A stretch of DNA of 38,588 bases from Ktedonobacteraceae bacterium (GCA_036501345.1 DASYAN010000358.1:1-38588), one strand, 5' to 3'. Counted from the first letter of the stretch, positions 16,952 through 26,115 are shown. A program made the numbers and translations. The notes: generated by a model not told the origin, from the sequence alone.

Positions 16952-18046
16952 ATGCAGCAGGATGCATCCATCATGCATATACAACACAAACACCAAAAGC
17001 CATTACGGGTCTTGATGGTAACAGGTATCTATCCAACAGCAGAACGTCCACACAAAGGCACATTTGTCAAAAGTCTAGTTGATTCGCTCGCAGCTGTAGG
17101 GGTAGAGGTTGAGGTTATTCATCCAAAACCAAGCTTGCCTACACTATTGCGCTATGTAATAGCAACAACACAGGTATTTTGTAAAACATTGACAAAACAT
17201 TTTGATGTTGTGAATGGCCATTATGGTCTTTGGTGTGTTGTTGCTCGTTTACAATGGAGAACACCAGTGGTGGCCAGTTACCTGGGAGATGACGTTCTAG
17301 GGACGGTTGTAGCTAGGGGAGAATATAGCTCCAAGGGCAATTTCGTAGCCTCCGTCAGCCATAAACTGTGCTACTTTGTAGATGCAGTGACAGTTAAATC
17401 CGAACAGATGAAACAAAGGTTAGGAGGTCCCCAAGAGAAGGTCTTTGTTATACCTGATGGTGTCAATTTTTCGCAGTTTTATCCCATGCCACGATCAGAG
17501 GTGCGAGCAACACTTGGCTGGGATCAGGATCGTTACTATGTTCTTTTTGCTAACAACCCAGAGATCCCTGTGAAAAATTTTGCCATGGCTCAAGCCGCTG
17601 TCGATATCCTACGTGCAAAGGGGCTTGATGTCGAACTAGTAGTTGCGACTGGGCTGTCACATGATACTGTGATGCAATACACGAATGCAAGTAATGCACT
17701 CATTCTTCCATCCTGGGCAGAGGGCTCACCCAACGTTGTGAGAGAGGCGATGGCCTGCAATGTGCCAGTAGTAGCAACCAACGTTGGCGATGTGGCCGAC
17801 GTAATCGGCCATACAGAAGGCTGTAGCATCTGCGCACACGATCCAGAGGAGCTGGCAGATGGATTGCAACGAGCGCTAGAGTACACAGGACCAACAACAG
17901 GAAGACAGGATACACAATATCTGGCAAGTGCAGTAATCGCGCAACGGGTCATTGAACTATACGAGCAAATAATGCAGAAAAAAGGCAAAGGAAAGCTAAA
18001 AGAGGAAATAATACCAAATAGTTCAAAGGATAAGGCTTATGTCTAA
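16952..18046 (+). CDS. Glycosyltransferase (GT4/GT1 GT-B fold)
   Basis: 364 aa. Signature WAEGSPNVVREAMACNVPVVATNVGDVADVI. Confidence 0.85.
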   Translation: MQQDASIMHIQHKHQKPLRVLMVTGIYPTAERPHKGTFVKSLVDSLAAVGVEVEVIHPKPSLPTLLRYVIATTQVFCKTLTKHFDVVNGHYGLWCVVARLQWRTPVVASYLGDDVLGTVVARGEYSSKGNFVASVSHKLCYFVDAVTVKSEQMKQRLGGPQEKVFVIPDGVNFSQFYPMPRSEVRATLGWDQDRYYVLFANNPEIPVKNFAMAQAAVDILRAKGLDVELVVATGLSHDTVMQYTNASNALILPSWAEGSPNVVREAMACNVPVVATNVGDVADVIGHTEGCSICAHDPEELADGLQRALEYTGPTTGRQDTQYLASAVIAQRVIELYEQIMQKKGKGKLKEEIIPNSSKDKAYV

Positions 18047-19304
18047 GAAGAAGAAAATCCTTATTATAGTTGAGAACTCGACGGCACCATCAGATCCTCG
18101 TATCTGGCACGAAGCACAAGAACTTCGCCGATGTGGTTACGAGGTGAGTATCATCTGTCCGAGAGATGAAAAGCACGATCAGGAAGCTTACATCTGCATA
18201 GATGCCATCCATATTTACCGCTATAAGCCATCTGGAACAGTCCACAAAGCTACTGATTATTTCAAAGAATATGCAGCAGCCATGTTCAAAATCTTTGGGC
18301 TCAGTTTCAAAGTCTGGTATCGACATGGTTTTGACGCAATCCACGTAGCCAATCCCCCCGATATCTTTTTCGCCATGGGATGGTTTTATTGGCTCTTCGG
18401 CAAAAAATATGTTTTTGACCAGCATGACCTCACGCCAGAAGTATTCCAAGTCAAATTTCAGGGTCAGAAGAAATTTATCTACAAAGTTCTGCGTTTTATG
18501 GAACTCTGCTCTTATCGTACAGCCAATATGGTCATCACGACTAATGAATCACAGAAGCGCATAGCTATTGAGCGTGGTCATTGTCATCCAGAAAAGGTAT
18601 TCGTTGTGCGCAATGGACCAGATCTTGAGCATTACACTCTAGCCACGTCAGAACCAGCACTGAAAATGGGGCATAATTACTTACTGGCATACGTTGGTGT
18701 GATGAGCAAACAGGATGGTGTCGAAAATACTCTATATGCGATGCAAGAACTTGTCCACCGTCGAGGGCGGAAGGATACTCTACTAGTGCTGATGGGAGAT
18801 GGAGACCAGTTTCAATATTTAAAAGAACTCGCCCACAAACTTGAGCTCGACGAACATGTGCATTTTGCAGGCTGGGTAACAAAAGCAGATATATTACGTT
18901 ATCTGAGTGCCACGGATATAGGGCTCTCACCTGATCCAAGCAATGATCTCAATGATCACAGTACCATGCTTAAGACAATGGAATACATGGCAATGGGTAA
19001 ACCTGTAGTGGCCTTTGATCTGCCAGAGACACGTTATTCGGCCCAAGATGCCGCTTTGTACGCAACATCCAACCGGATTGAAGAATTCGCAGACCAGATC
19101 GAAATACTCCTCGACAATGAAGAAGTCCGTCTCCAAATGGGAGCAGCAGGTCGTCAACGCATCGAAAAAGATTTATGTTGGGATCGTACTAAAGAGGTCC
19201 TTGGGCTTGCATACGGATCGCTCTTCCAAGTCGATCCTAAGGACTTATCCAAAAGCCGAAAGGGGGATAATAGAATAGAGAAAAACAGTAAAATGATGGT
19301 TTAA
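18039..19304 (+). CDS. Glycosyltransferase family 4 (WbuB-like)
   Basis: 421 aa. It has an N-terminal GT4 domain and the C-terminal segment MEYMAMGKPVVAFDLPETRYSAQDAALYA. It overlaps the upstream gene by 8 nt. Confidence 0.9.
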   Translation: MSKKKKILIIVENSTAPSDPRIWHEAQELRRCGYEVSIICPRDEKHDQEAYICIDAIHIYRYKPSGTVHKATDYFKEYAAAMFKIFGLSFKVWYRHGFDAIHVANPPDIFFAMGWFYWLFGKKYVFDQHDLTPEVFQVKFQGQKKFIYKVLRFMELCSYRTANMVITTNESQKRIAIERGHCHPEKVFVVRNGPDLEHYTLATSEPALKMGHNYLLAYVGVMSKQDGVENTLYAMQELVHRRGRKDTLLVLMGDGDQFQYLKELAHKLELDEHVHFAGWVTKADILRYLSATDIGLSPDPSNDLNDHSTMLKTMEYMAMGKPVVAFDLPETRYSAQDAALYATSNRIEEFADQIEILLDNEEVRLQMGAAGRQRIEKDLCWDRTKEVLGLAYGSLFQVDPKDLSKSRKGDNRIEKNSKMMV

Positions 19305-19336
19305 TCCTGCTGTCAGTCGCTCTAATGCCATAGTGA

Positions 19337-19642
19337 CATTTTTCTCATGCTCTCCAAAAGAAACCTCTATTATTTCTGGGTAAAATATCCTACAGTATCT
19401 ATCTTTTTTATGCAATAACACTTATTGCGTATTTTAATGTGTTTTACGGTAAATTGCCTTATCCTGTTGTAATAGGTATAGAATTAAGCAGTTCATTTGC
19501 AGTAGCTATAGCCGCATATTACTTGGTGGAAGAGCCCTCTATAAGACTGGGCAGGTATTTGATAAGCAGAAGAGTACAGAATAGATCAGAGCAAATAATG
19601 TTTTCATCTGAGAGAGTATTTGAACAGGGAGTCTTACGGTAA
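19337..19642 (+). pseudogene. 3' remnant of an acyltransferase-3 (OafA-type O-acyltransferase) gene
   Basis: The open frame has no start codon. It encodes ...KPLLFLGKISYSIYLFYAITLIAYF...AIAAYYLVEEPSIRLGRYL..., which is the conserved C-terminal part of Acyl_transf_3 proteins. About 250-300 N-terminal residues are missing. Confidence 0.55.
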
Positions 19643-19810
19643 GGTAGGAGCCAGATGGAAGAGCATGCGCCTACTGGCTGGGAGCTTGATGAAGGCCTCT
19701 AATATCCGCTTGACTACTATCTTCTTACATTCTCTCAAAGAATATTGCAAAGGGATACGAATGTCGAGAATACGCCTATGGGAAGTAAGTAATGATAGAC
19801 TTCTAAAAGC

Positions 19811-19839
19811 TTGACAGGATTTAGACCATATTGTAAAAT
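19811..19839 (+). promoter_or_regulatory. Sigma-70-type promoter for the CelD-like acyltransferase gene
   Basis: TTGACA (19811-19816), a 17-nt spacer, then TAAAAT (19834-19839). The ATG at 19852 leaves only a leader of about 5-6 nt, with no SD. Confidence 0.5.
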
Positions 19840-19851
19840 AGCTGTGATTTC

Positions 19852-20997
19852 ATGATTTTGATAAATGCGGGGAGATTTCGTGCATTGATAACAACCAAAC
19901 ATTCACATATAGTAATTGATATCATTTCATCGTCTGAACAGAGAAAAGCGGCGAAAAGGTGGCAAATCCTGGAACAGGAAATCAATGATAAAGGTCTAAC
20001 CAATTCTTGGAAATGGATTGAGGCATGGCTGAAACACTATGGACATATTCCACATAAATTTATATTTGGAGTAAGAGATGGCCAAACTATAGGAGCAGCC
20101 TTAGTGACGCAACCATTAAAAAAATTTAAAAGTGTTATTCCAATTCTATCGCTCCATCTTGGTACGAACGGTGAATCTCTTGAAGAGAAGACATGCGTCG
20201 AGTATAATCGCTTACTCGTTGCTCCCGAAAATCTATCAGCCTTTTCAATAGAACTTTTGCGTAACTTACAACAACTCCGCTGGTCACAACTTGTATTGCA
20301 TGGATTTGTCCCTGAACATGCCGAAGCGCTGATTGCAGCAAGTACTTATCTAGGATTGACCTTTTCTGAACAAAATAAGGAAGCTTGTCCAACATTTAAA
20401 TTCTCGGAGGCAGTAGGCTCTCCTGATGTAATCTCAGCGCTGAAACATAATAAGAAGCGAATTAGAAGTAGCATAGATAAAATGAATGCTCAGGCTCCTT
20501 TAAAGAGCGAGTGGGCAGAGACGATAGAACAAGCGCAAGATATCTTGTCAGAATTAATTGAACTTCATACAAGAAAATGGGGAAATACCCAAACGCCTAG
20601 TTCTTTTCAATCTGATCGCGTCAAGCGATATCATAAAGAGCTTATAGATGCTTTCTTTCCTGAAGCTCTAATGGTTTTTCGGGTAAAATTAGGTGAACAA
20701 ACCCTAGGTTGTCTTTTTGGCTTTGTTGAGGATAATCATGTTCTAGGTTATAAAGGTGGTATTAACCTTTCTCCTGATATGAAGAAATTCACACCTGGAT
20801 TGATAACCCATATTTTATGTATGGAGGAATGTAGAAAACGTGGTTACAATGAATATAACTTTTTAGCGGGTGAATCGCCGTATAAAGCACAATTATCAAA
20901 CACAGAAAATTTCTTGATATGGGCAACAGCCGAACGCGGTCTTGTAATGAATGCAATAGGTACTACCAGAAAAATAAAGAGAATAATTAATAATTAG
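19852..20997 (+). CDS. GNAT-fold acyltransferase, CelD/BcsL / FemAB-like (Acetyltransf_6) family
   Basis: 381 aa. The C-terminal region ...YNEYNFLAGESPYKAQLSN... matches the characteristic dxxxGxxxYK motif of this family. The gene is visibly AT-richer than the surrounding locus. Confidence 0.7.
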   Translation: MILINAGRFRALITTKHSHIVIDIISSSEQRKAAKRWQILEQEINDKGLTNSWKWIEAWLKHYGHIPHKFIFGVRDGQTIGAALVTQPLKKFKSVIPILSLHLGTNGESLEEKTCVEYNRLLVAPENLSAFSIELLRNLQQLRWSQLVLHGFVPEHAEALIAASTYLGLTFSEQNKEACPTFKFSEAVGSPDVISALKHNKKRIRSSIDKMNAQAPLKSEWAETIEQAQDILSELIELHTRKWGNTQTPSSFQSDRVKRYHKELIDAFFPEALMVFRVKLGEQTLGCLFGFVEDNHVLGYKGGINLSPDMKKFTPGLITHILCMEECRKRGYNEYNFLAGESPYKAQLSNTENFLIWATAERGLVMNAIGTTRKIKRIINN

Positions 20998-21178
20998 AGA
21001 AACTGGTGGTTTTGGCAAGCTATATCAATGTGTCTCATGAAACTGCAGATGTATCCAGCGCTTGCGTGAGACTAACAAATGGTGATGTGCTATCGTTGGG
21101 GTGCTGTGGGATCATGCACAATCAATGAGCGTATCAATCCAATTGAGTCTAAAGATCAATATTCATAGTGAAAATGTA

Positions 21179-21207
21179 TTGACAATCTTTGTAGGTTATG
21201 TTATTAT
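21179..21207 (+). promoter_or_regulatory. Consensus-like sigma-70 promoter upstream of tRNA-Trp
   Basis: TTGACA (21179-21184), a 17-nt spacer, then TATTAT (21202-21207). The tRNA starts about 50 nt downstream. Confidence 0.55.
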
Positions 21208-21265
21208 TCTTGAGGCAGTACTGTGGTTGGTGTGTGGAACTCAGTTACTTGAGATAGCTAGCGTC

Positions 21266-21341
21266 GGGGGTGAAGCTCAACTGGAAGAGCGTCGCTGTCC
21301 AAAGGCGAAGGTTTGGAGGTTCAATCCCTCTCACCCCTGCC
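21266..21341 (+). tRNA. trnW: tRNA-Trp (anticodon CCA), with some non-canonical positions
   Basis: Hand-folded cloverleaf. Acceptor: GGGGGTG/CACCCCT. D arm: GCTC-AACTGGAA-GAGC. Anticodon arm: TCGCT-GTCCAAA-GGCGA. T arm: GGAGG-TTCAATC-CCTCT. Discriminator G is followed by CC. Overall it resembles bacterial tRNA-Trp (AGGGG...CCCCTG). Confidence 0.75.
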
Positions 21342-21343
21342 TA

Positions 21344-21376
21344 AGCTCCTGAAGGTCTTCAGGAGCTTTTTATTTT
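21344..21376 (+). terminator. Rho-independent terminator after tRNA-Trp
   Basis: A 10-bp perfect stem, AGCTCCTGAA / TTCAGGAGCT, is followed by TTTTTATTTT. Confidence 0.8.
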
Positions 21377-21502
21377 GCTTTAATCCTGTCTCATTGCTTG
21401 CGATTGGCCTCCTTCTGGGTAGATAGGATGGGGATGTAGCATATCTCCTGTGACTTTAATAGTGATAGGATATCAATCGGAGACACACGAATCAATGAGC
21501 GT

Positions 21503-22432
21503 TTAGGCCTGTTCCTTGAAAAAATTAACGGTAGCTTTTACTCCGTCTTCAAAGGTCACCTCAGGTTTCCAACCTAGGATGTGCTCGGCCTTGCTGTGAT
21601 TGAAATAGGATCGGTAGATATCACCGGAACGCTTGGGGGCTTTGGTAATTGGGGCCTCGAAGCCAGTAATGCGAGCAAGCACTTGGTAGATCCCATTGAC
21701 CGAGACAGGCTGTCCGGTCCCTATGCAAAAGATGTTGTTATCTCCATGCGTAAGCGCGAGCACGTTTGCTCGTGCAACATCACCGACATATACGTAGTCT
21801 TTACACTGTTCGCCGTCCCAATCGATGCGTACTCCCTCGTGAGCCAGAAAATGCTTGGCAAAAATGGAGATGACTCCAGCTTCACCGTTGGGATCCTGGC
21901 GTGGACCATACACATTGCCGTAACGTAGAGCAGTAAATTTTAGATTATGCGTCTCCTGCCAATAACGTAAGTAATGCTCTGCCACCATTTTCGTAATTCC
22001 ATAGGGAGACTCTGGGCACTGGATGCTCTCTTCATCGAGTGGCAAGTGAGCAGGTGTGCCATAGCTTGCCCCAGACGATGCAAAGATAATCTTATGTATA
22101 CTGAGGCGTGTACAGTTTGTTAGGATATTTAGCAGACCGAGCACATTGACGCGAGCATCAAGCTGTGGATCTTTCGTGGAGACGGCAACACTATGTTGTG
22201 CAGCATGGTGATTAACGATCTCGGGCTTAACCTCGTCGAAGATCCGTGCCAGTTCGATATCATTTGTAATATCCGCACGGTAAAACCGGGCCTGTGGATT
22301 CAGGTTCCCTTTTTTTCCTCCACCCTCTACCCACATATTGTCGACAATGGCAACTTCATGCCCAGCGGCAATATATTGATCGGTGATGTGTGATCCGATG
22401 AAACCTGCTCCACCAGTGATAAGTATTCTCAT
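21503..22432 (-). CDS. NAD-dependent epimerase/dehydratase (extended SDR, UDP-sugar 4-epimerase-like)
   Basis: 309 aa. It has MRILITGGAGFIGSH and the catalytic YxxxK motif (YGITKMVAEHY). Confidence 0.9.
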   Translation of the reverse strand: MRILITGGAGFIGSHITDQYIAAGHEVAIVDNMWVEGGGKKGNLNPQARFYRADITNDIELARIFDEVKPEIVNHHAAQHSVAVSTKDPQLDARVNVLGLLNILTNCTRLSIHKIIFASSGASYGTPAHLPLDEESIQCPESPYGITKMVAEHYLRYWQETHNLKFTALRYGNVYGPRQDPNGEAGVISIFAKHFLAHEGVRIDWDGEQCKDYVYVGDVARANVLALTHGDNNIFCIGTGQPVSVNGIYQVLARITGFEAPITKAPKRSGDIYRSYFNHSKAEHILGWKPEVTFEDGVKATVNFFKEQA

Positions 22433-22493
22433 TTTAGAGAAGCCTTTCTTAAATAATAGAGTTAATGGCTTGTATATGTCCTATGTCTTCTCT

Positions 22494-22522
22494 ATTATGC
22501 TAGCTTTGGCCAGCGTTTTCAA
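22494..22522 (-). promoter_or_regulatory. Possible promoter for the 21503-22432 epimerase gene
   Basis: On the minus strand: TTGAAA (22522-22517), a 17-nt spacer, then CATAAT (22499-22494). This is a weak call from sequence only. Confidence 0.3.
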
Positions 22523-22551
22523 GCCTTGTAGAGGCTAATGCTGTACTTGAG

Positions 22552-23616
22552 CTAGAAAGTTAAGGTAAGGCTGGACCGTAACGAATTAAGAGTTCGCTCT
22601 AATCCCTGGTCGAATTTGACTTGAGGCGTATAGCCCAATAATCGTTTAGCTTTGCTAATGTCTGCCAAGCTATCGCGAACATCACCGGACCGAGGTTCAC
22701 GATATTCAATCTCCGACTGAATGCCGAGTAACTCTCCAGCAATCCGCAGGACAGCGTTGAGTGAGACACGTTCTCCACAACCAACATTCATAGCTTGCCC
22801 AATGGCCTCTTTTGAGGTTGCAGCCAGGAGGTTGGCTTGCACAACGTTCTCGACATAAGTAAAGTCGCGCGTTTGTTCGCCATCTCCAAAAACAATTGGC
22901 CGTTGTTTCTCTAGCAAAGCTGTGAGAAAGCGGGGAATAACAGCTGCATATTCAGACATGGGGTCCTGCCGTGGGCCAAAGACGTTAAAGTAGCGCAGTG
23001 CGACTGTTTCGAGCCCGTAAATGTGTGTGAATACCCCACAAAGAAGCTCGCCTGTCAGTTTTTGTACTGCATAAGGTGAGAGTGGTGCAGTGGGCATCTC
23101 CTCGTGCTTGGGTAAAGTAGGAGTATTTCCATAGACGGATGATGAGCTTGCGTAAACCACACGGCGCACACCTGCATCTCGAGCCGCCAACAAGACATTC
23201 TGGGTTCCGTTCACATTAGTTTCAAGTGAGAGAACTGGATTGGCTATTGACCGTGGCACTGATGCCAGAGCTCCCTGGTGAAAGACAACCTCAGTTCCTG
23301 CTACGGCTGCTTTCACGGCATCTATATCACGCAGGTCGCCTGTGAGAATTTCTAATGTTCCCGGCAATCCTTTCAATGCGTCTAGATTGCTCTCTCGACC
23401 AGTTACATAATTGTCAAACACACGTACAGATTCTCCCTGCTTGAGGAGTGTCTCTGCGATGTGCGAACCAATAAATCCGGCTCCGCCGGTAACAAGGTAT
23501 CTTGGTGAACTCATTATTTCGCGGCATGGGTACCTCTGTATTTTATGAGTGGAGAGGTACTCGTGCCACCCCCTTTCTCTTCCTTCTATCTCTTCAGATG
23601 CTGACAGATGTGCCAA
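22552..23616 (-). CDS. NAD-dependent UDP-N-acetylhexosamine/uronate 4-epimerase (WbpP/TviC-like SDR)
   Basis: It has YLVTGGAGFIGSH and YxxxK (YAVQKLTGELL). The likely true start is the Met at 23514 (MSSPRYLVTGGAGF...). The longer ORF overlaps the upstream gene by 23 nt. Confidence 0.85.
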   Translation of the reverse strand: MAHLSASEEIEGRERGWHEYLSTHKIQRYPCREIMSSPRYLVTGGAGFIGSHIAETLLKQGESVRVFDNYVTGRESNLDALKGLPGTLEILTGDLRDIDAVKAAVAGTEVVFHQGALASVPRSIANPVLSLETNVNGTQNVLLAARDAGVRRVVYASSSSVYGNTPTLPKHEEMPTAPLSPYAVQKLTGELLCGVFTHIYGLETVALRYFNVFGPRQDPMSEYAAVIPRFLTALLEKQRPIVFGDGEQTRDFTYVENVVQANLLAATSKEAIGQAMNVGCGERVSLNAVLRIAGELLGIQSEIEYREPRSGDVRDSLADISKAKRLLGYTPQVKFDQGLERTLNSLRSSLTLTF

Positions 23617-24601
23617 CCGTGCTCTTGTTTTGTCTGTTCAGTGCTTCCTCGGCAGCGGCCAGTACACGTACCACTGCTAACCCTGTTTCGCCATTAGCAC
23701 GTGGCTGAGCACCAGTACGAATGGAATTCACAAAATCCTCACATTCTAAGCGTAGCGGCTCAATCCAATCGATGTGGGGAATAGAAATTGCACCATAGCG
23801 ATAGGATACAACCGGGTCTGCATGAATGTCTGCCCCTTTATTATAGACCTTAATCATCTCAGAAGGGTTTGTATCGTCATAAATCACCATACGAGCATCA
23901 CCAATAACAGTCACACGACGAATTTTGCAAGGATGGAGCCAACTGACATGAATATGAGCTGTCATCTCATCAGCAAATTCTAGATCTAAGTGAGCAATAT
24001 CACAGATGTCCGGCAAGAGATGCGAATGGGCCTGCACATTGACTTGTTCGGGCGTTTTACCAAACAGATACAAAAGGATTGATACATCATGTGGAGCAAG
24101 ATCCCAGATCACATTGGTATCACTACGGAAGAGTCCTAGATTAACGCGCTCTGTTTCAACACAGTAGACCTTTCCTAGATCACCACTTTGCACTAACTTG
24201 CGCAACTCATTGACCGCAGGACTATATTCAAAGGTATGACCCACCATTAAAACAAGGTTGAGTCGCTTGGCCAGTGCTATTAGCTCTTCTGCTTCCTGCA
24301 CACTAGTTGTGAGAGGCTTTTCGACGAGAACATGCTTTCCATGCAAGAGCGCCTTTTTTGCCAGATTAAAATGTGTGCGTACAGGTGCTGCGATAACAAC
24401 ACCGTCCACATCAGATGTAAACACATCCTCAACATTTGTCGTCGTACGTATTCCTGGTTGGTGCATGGAAATTGAGGCAAGGCGTCCTTCATCTAGATCA
24501 GCCACCATAGTCACAGATGTATGAGGTATACTATCCAGATTGCGTGCAATCTTAGGGCCCCAATACCCCCAACCAATAATGCCAAAACGGATATCTTTCA
24601 T
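23594..24601 (-). CDS. Gfo/Idh/MocA family oxidoreductase (WbpB-like sugar-nucleotide dehydrogenase)
   Basis: It has an N-terminal Rossmann fold, MKDIRFGIIGWGYWG, and the EKPL motif (VLVEKPLTTS). The ATG is at 24601; the track starts at a TTG three nt upstream. Confidence 0.9.
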   Translation of the reverse strand: MKDIRFGIIGWGYWGPKIARNLDSIPHTSVTMVADLDEGRLASISMHQPGIRTTTNVEDVFTSDVDGVVIAAPVRTHFNLAKKALLHGKHVLVEKPLTTSVQEAEELIALAKRLNLVLMVGHTFEYSPAVNELRKLVQSGDLGKVYCVETERVNLGLFRSDTNVIWDLAPHDVSILLYLFGKTPEQVNVQAHSHLLPDICDIAHLDLEFADEMTAHIHVSWLHPCKIRRVTVIGDARMVIYDDTNPSEMIKVYNKGADIHADPVVSYRYGAISIPHIDWIEPLRLECEDFVNSIRTGAQPRANGETGLAVVRVLAAAEEALNRQNKSTVGTSVSI

Positions 24602-24706
24602 CAAACTGCGACCTGCAGATACCCCTTGCTTGAGCTATAGGGTACATTGCGATCAAGCGAACGGAAGCAGGTCTTCCTTTCTTGAGAGCTGTCGCATAGG
24701 GGTAAG
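24599..24706 (+). repeat. Dispersed repeat family, copy A (solo, intergenic; includes the start codon of the 23594-24601 gene)
   Basis: It aligns with 31997-32083. TCATCAAACT(G)CGACCTGnnGATACCCCT(T)GCTT is followed by an insertion of about 27 nt. GGAAGCAGGTCTTCCTTTCTTG and AGGGGTAAG come after that. Downstream are the hairpins CATAGGGGT/ACCCCTATG (24695-24728) and GGCGTT/AACGCC (24739-24759). Confidence 0.7.
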
Positions 24707-24993
24707 TTGTATCTGAACAACCCCTATGCGGGAAGACAGGCGTTTTGAACAGGAACGCCTAAACCTATTGACGAATCACCATCCACTCGGTCAGAGCCGA
24801 GGTGAAATTACTCTTCATAACTGCAGTTATATCAGATGCCAACAGTATAATATATATGCTTCAATATGCCAATAAACAGAGACTAAAGTCATAGATAAAC
24901 CTACCTATTTACTAGGAGTTAAAACCTCCTAGTTCGCGGCAGGCTCTTATGGATCAGTATGAAAGAAGACATCTACCAAATGCGAAAATATTA

Positions 24994-26115
24994 TCATGAT
25001 ACATTTGATACAGCATGCTTCTTCACTGCACTAATGACTAATTGCAACTGTTCTTCTGTAAGTTCTGGATACATTGGTAATGAAACAATACGAGATGCAA
25101 GTTCTTCTGTTATGGGAAGCATGCCACGTTTGTACCCATACTTTGCGCAAGCAGGCTGTAGATGGATAGGAGTAGGATAATGAATATTGGTCCCTATCCC
25201 TTCTTGTTCCAGAGCCCGACGGAATTGATCGCGCTCATGAACCTGCACGACATAGTAACAGAACACATGAGATGCCCATGGTTTTATGATGGGCACAGTT
25301 TTGACTATATCCTGCAACTGTTCTGTATAAGTCTGAGCATGTCTCTGACGAGCAGCATTCCAATGCTCAAGATGCGGCATCTTGATCAAAAGCACAGCAG
25401 CCTGCATTTCATCAAGGCGGGCATTGACCCCCATTACCTCATGGAGATAGCGAATACGAGAGCCATGATCGCGGATCATCCGCAGTTTCTCGTCCAATTC
25501 AGCATCATTTGTGGTACAGATACCCGCTTCCCCGAAGGCTCCCAAATTCTTGCTATAGTAAAGACTAAAGCATGCAATATCGCCAAAGCTTCCCACCCGT
25601 TGTCCCAGATACGTGGCCCCGTGAGCTTGAGATGCATCTTCGATTACACGCAGCCCATGTGCACGAGCAAAATCCATAATTGGCTTCATTTCGGTGGGAT
25701 GACCGTAGAGATGGACAGGGAGCACAGCACGTGTACGCGGAGTAAGTACATGCTCCAGTTGACGCCAATCCATAAGGTAGGTTTCGGGATCAACATCAAC
25801 AAAAACCGGAGTAGCCCCAACCATTGCAATAGCTTCAATAGTCGCAATAAAAGTATTGGATACAGTAATGACTTCATCACCAGGGCCAATCTCGCAGGCC
25901 TGCAGAGCCAATGCCAGAGCATCAGTGCCCGAGGACACTCCCACTCCAAACTTACAGTCACAATATGAGGCAAACTCATGCTCAAAGGCCTGCAACCTAG
26001 GTCCTAGAAAGAGCTGCATACCATCGAGGATCTCCTCAAAAGCCGCCATGATTTCAGGCTTTAATGCCTGGTATTGGGCTCGTAGATCAACCAAAGGTAC
26101 ATGTATAGATGGCAC
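24994..26115 (-). CDS. DegT/DnrJ/EryC1/StrS family PLP-dependent sugar aminotransferase (WbpE-like)
   Basis: 373 aa. It has the family-typical organisation, including ...DIACFSLYYSKNLGAFGEAG... (PLP-lysine region). Confidence 0.9.
   Translation of the reverse strand: MPSIHVPLVDLRAQYQALKPEIMAAFEEILDGMQLFLGPRLQAFEHEFASYCDCKFGVGVSSGTDALALALQACEIGPGDEVITVSNTFIATIEAIAMVGATPVFVDVDPETYLMDWRQLEHVLTPRTRAVLPVHLYGHPTEMKPIMDFARAHGLRVIEDASQAHGATYLGQRVGSFGDIACFSLYYSKNLGAFGEAGICTTNDAELDEKLRMIRDHGSRIRYLHEVMGVNARLDEMQAAVLLIKMPHLEHWNAARQRHAQTYTEQLQDIVKTVPIIKPWASHVFCYYVVQVHERDQFRRALEQEGIGTNIHYPTPIHLQPACAKYGYKRGMLPITEELASRIVSLPMYPELTEEQLQLVISAVKKHAVSNVS

Noticed and set aside
19439-19642. 67-aa ORF called as an independent gene
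   Set aside because: Its frame continues upstream without a start, and the whole stretch matches the C-terminal part of acyltransferase-3 proteins. I interpret it as a gene remnant rather than a small protein.
21101-21352. 83-aa plus-strand ORF
   Set aside because: It overlaps the promoter, the tRNA-Trp gene and part of its terminator. The tRNA explains the sequence better.
21121-21502. 12-nt direct repeat ATCAATGAGCGT (21121-21132 and 21491-21502) bracketing the tRNA-Trp unit, as possible att-like sites
   Set aside because: A 12-mer recurring within about 400 nt is expected by chance roughly once in a window of this size. The repeat does not include the tRNA 3' end and no integrase is nearby.
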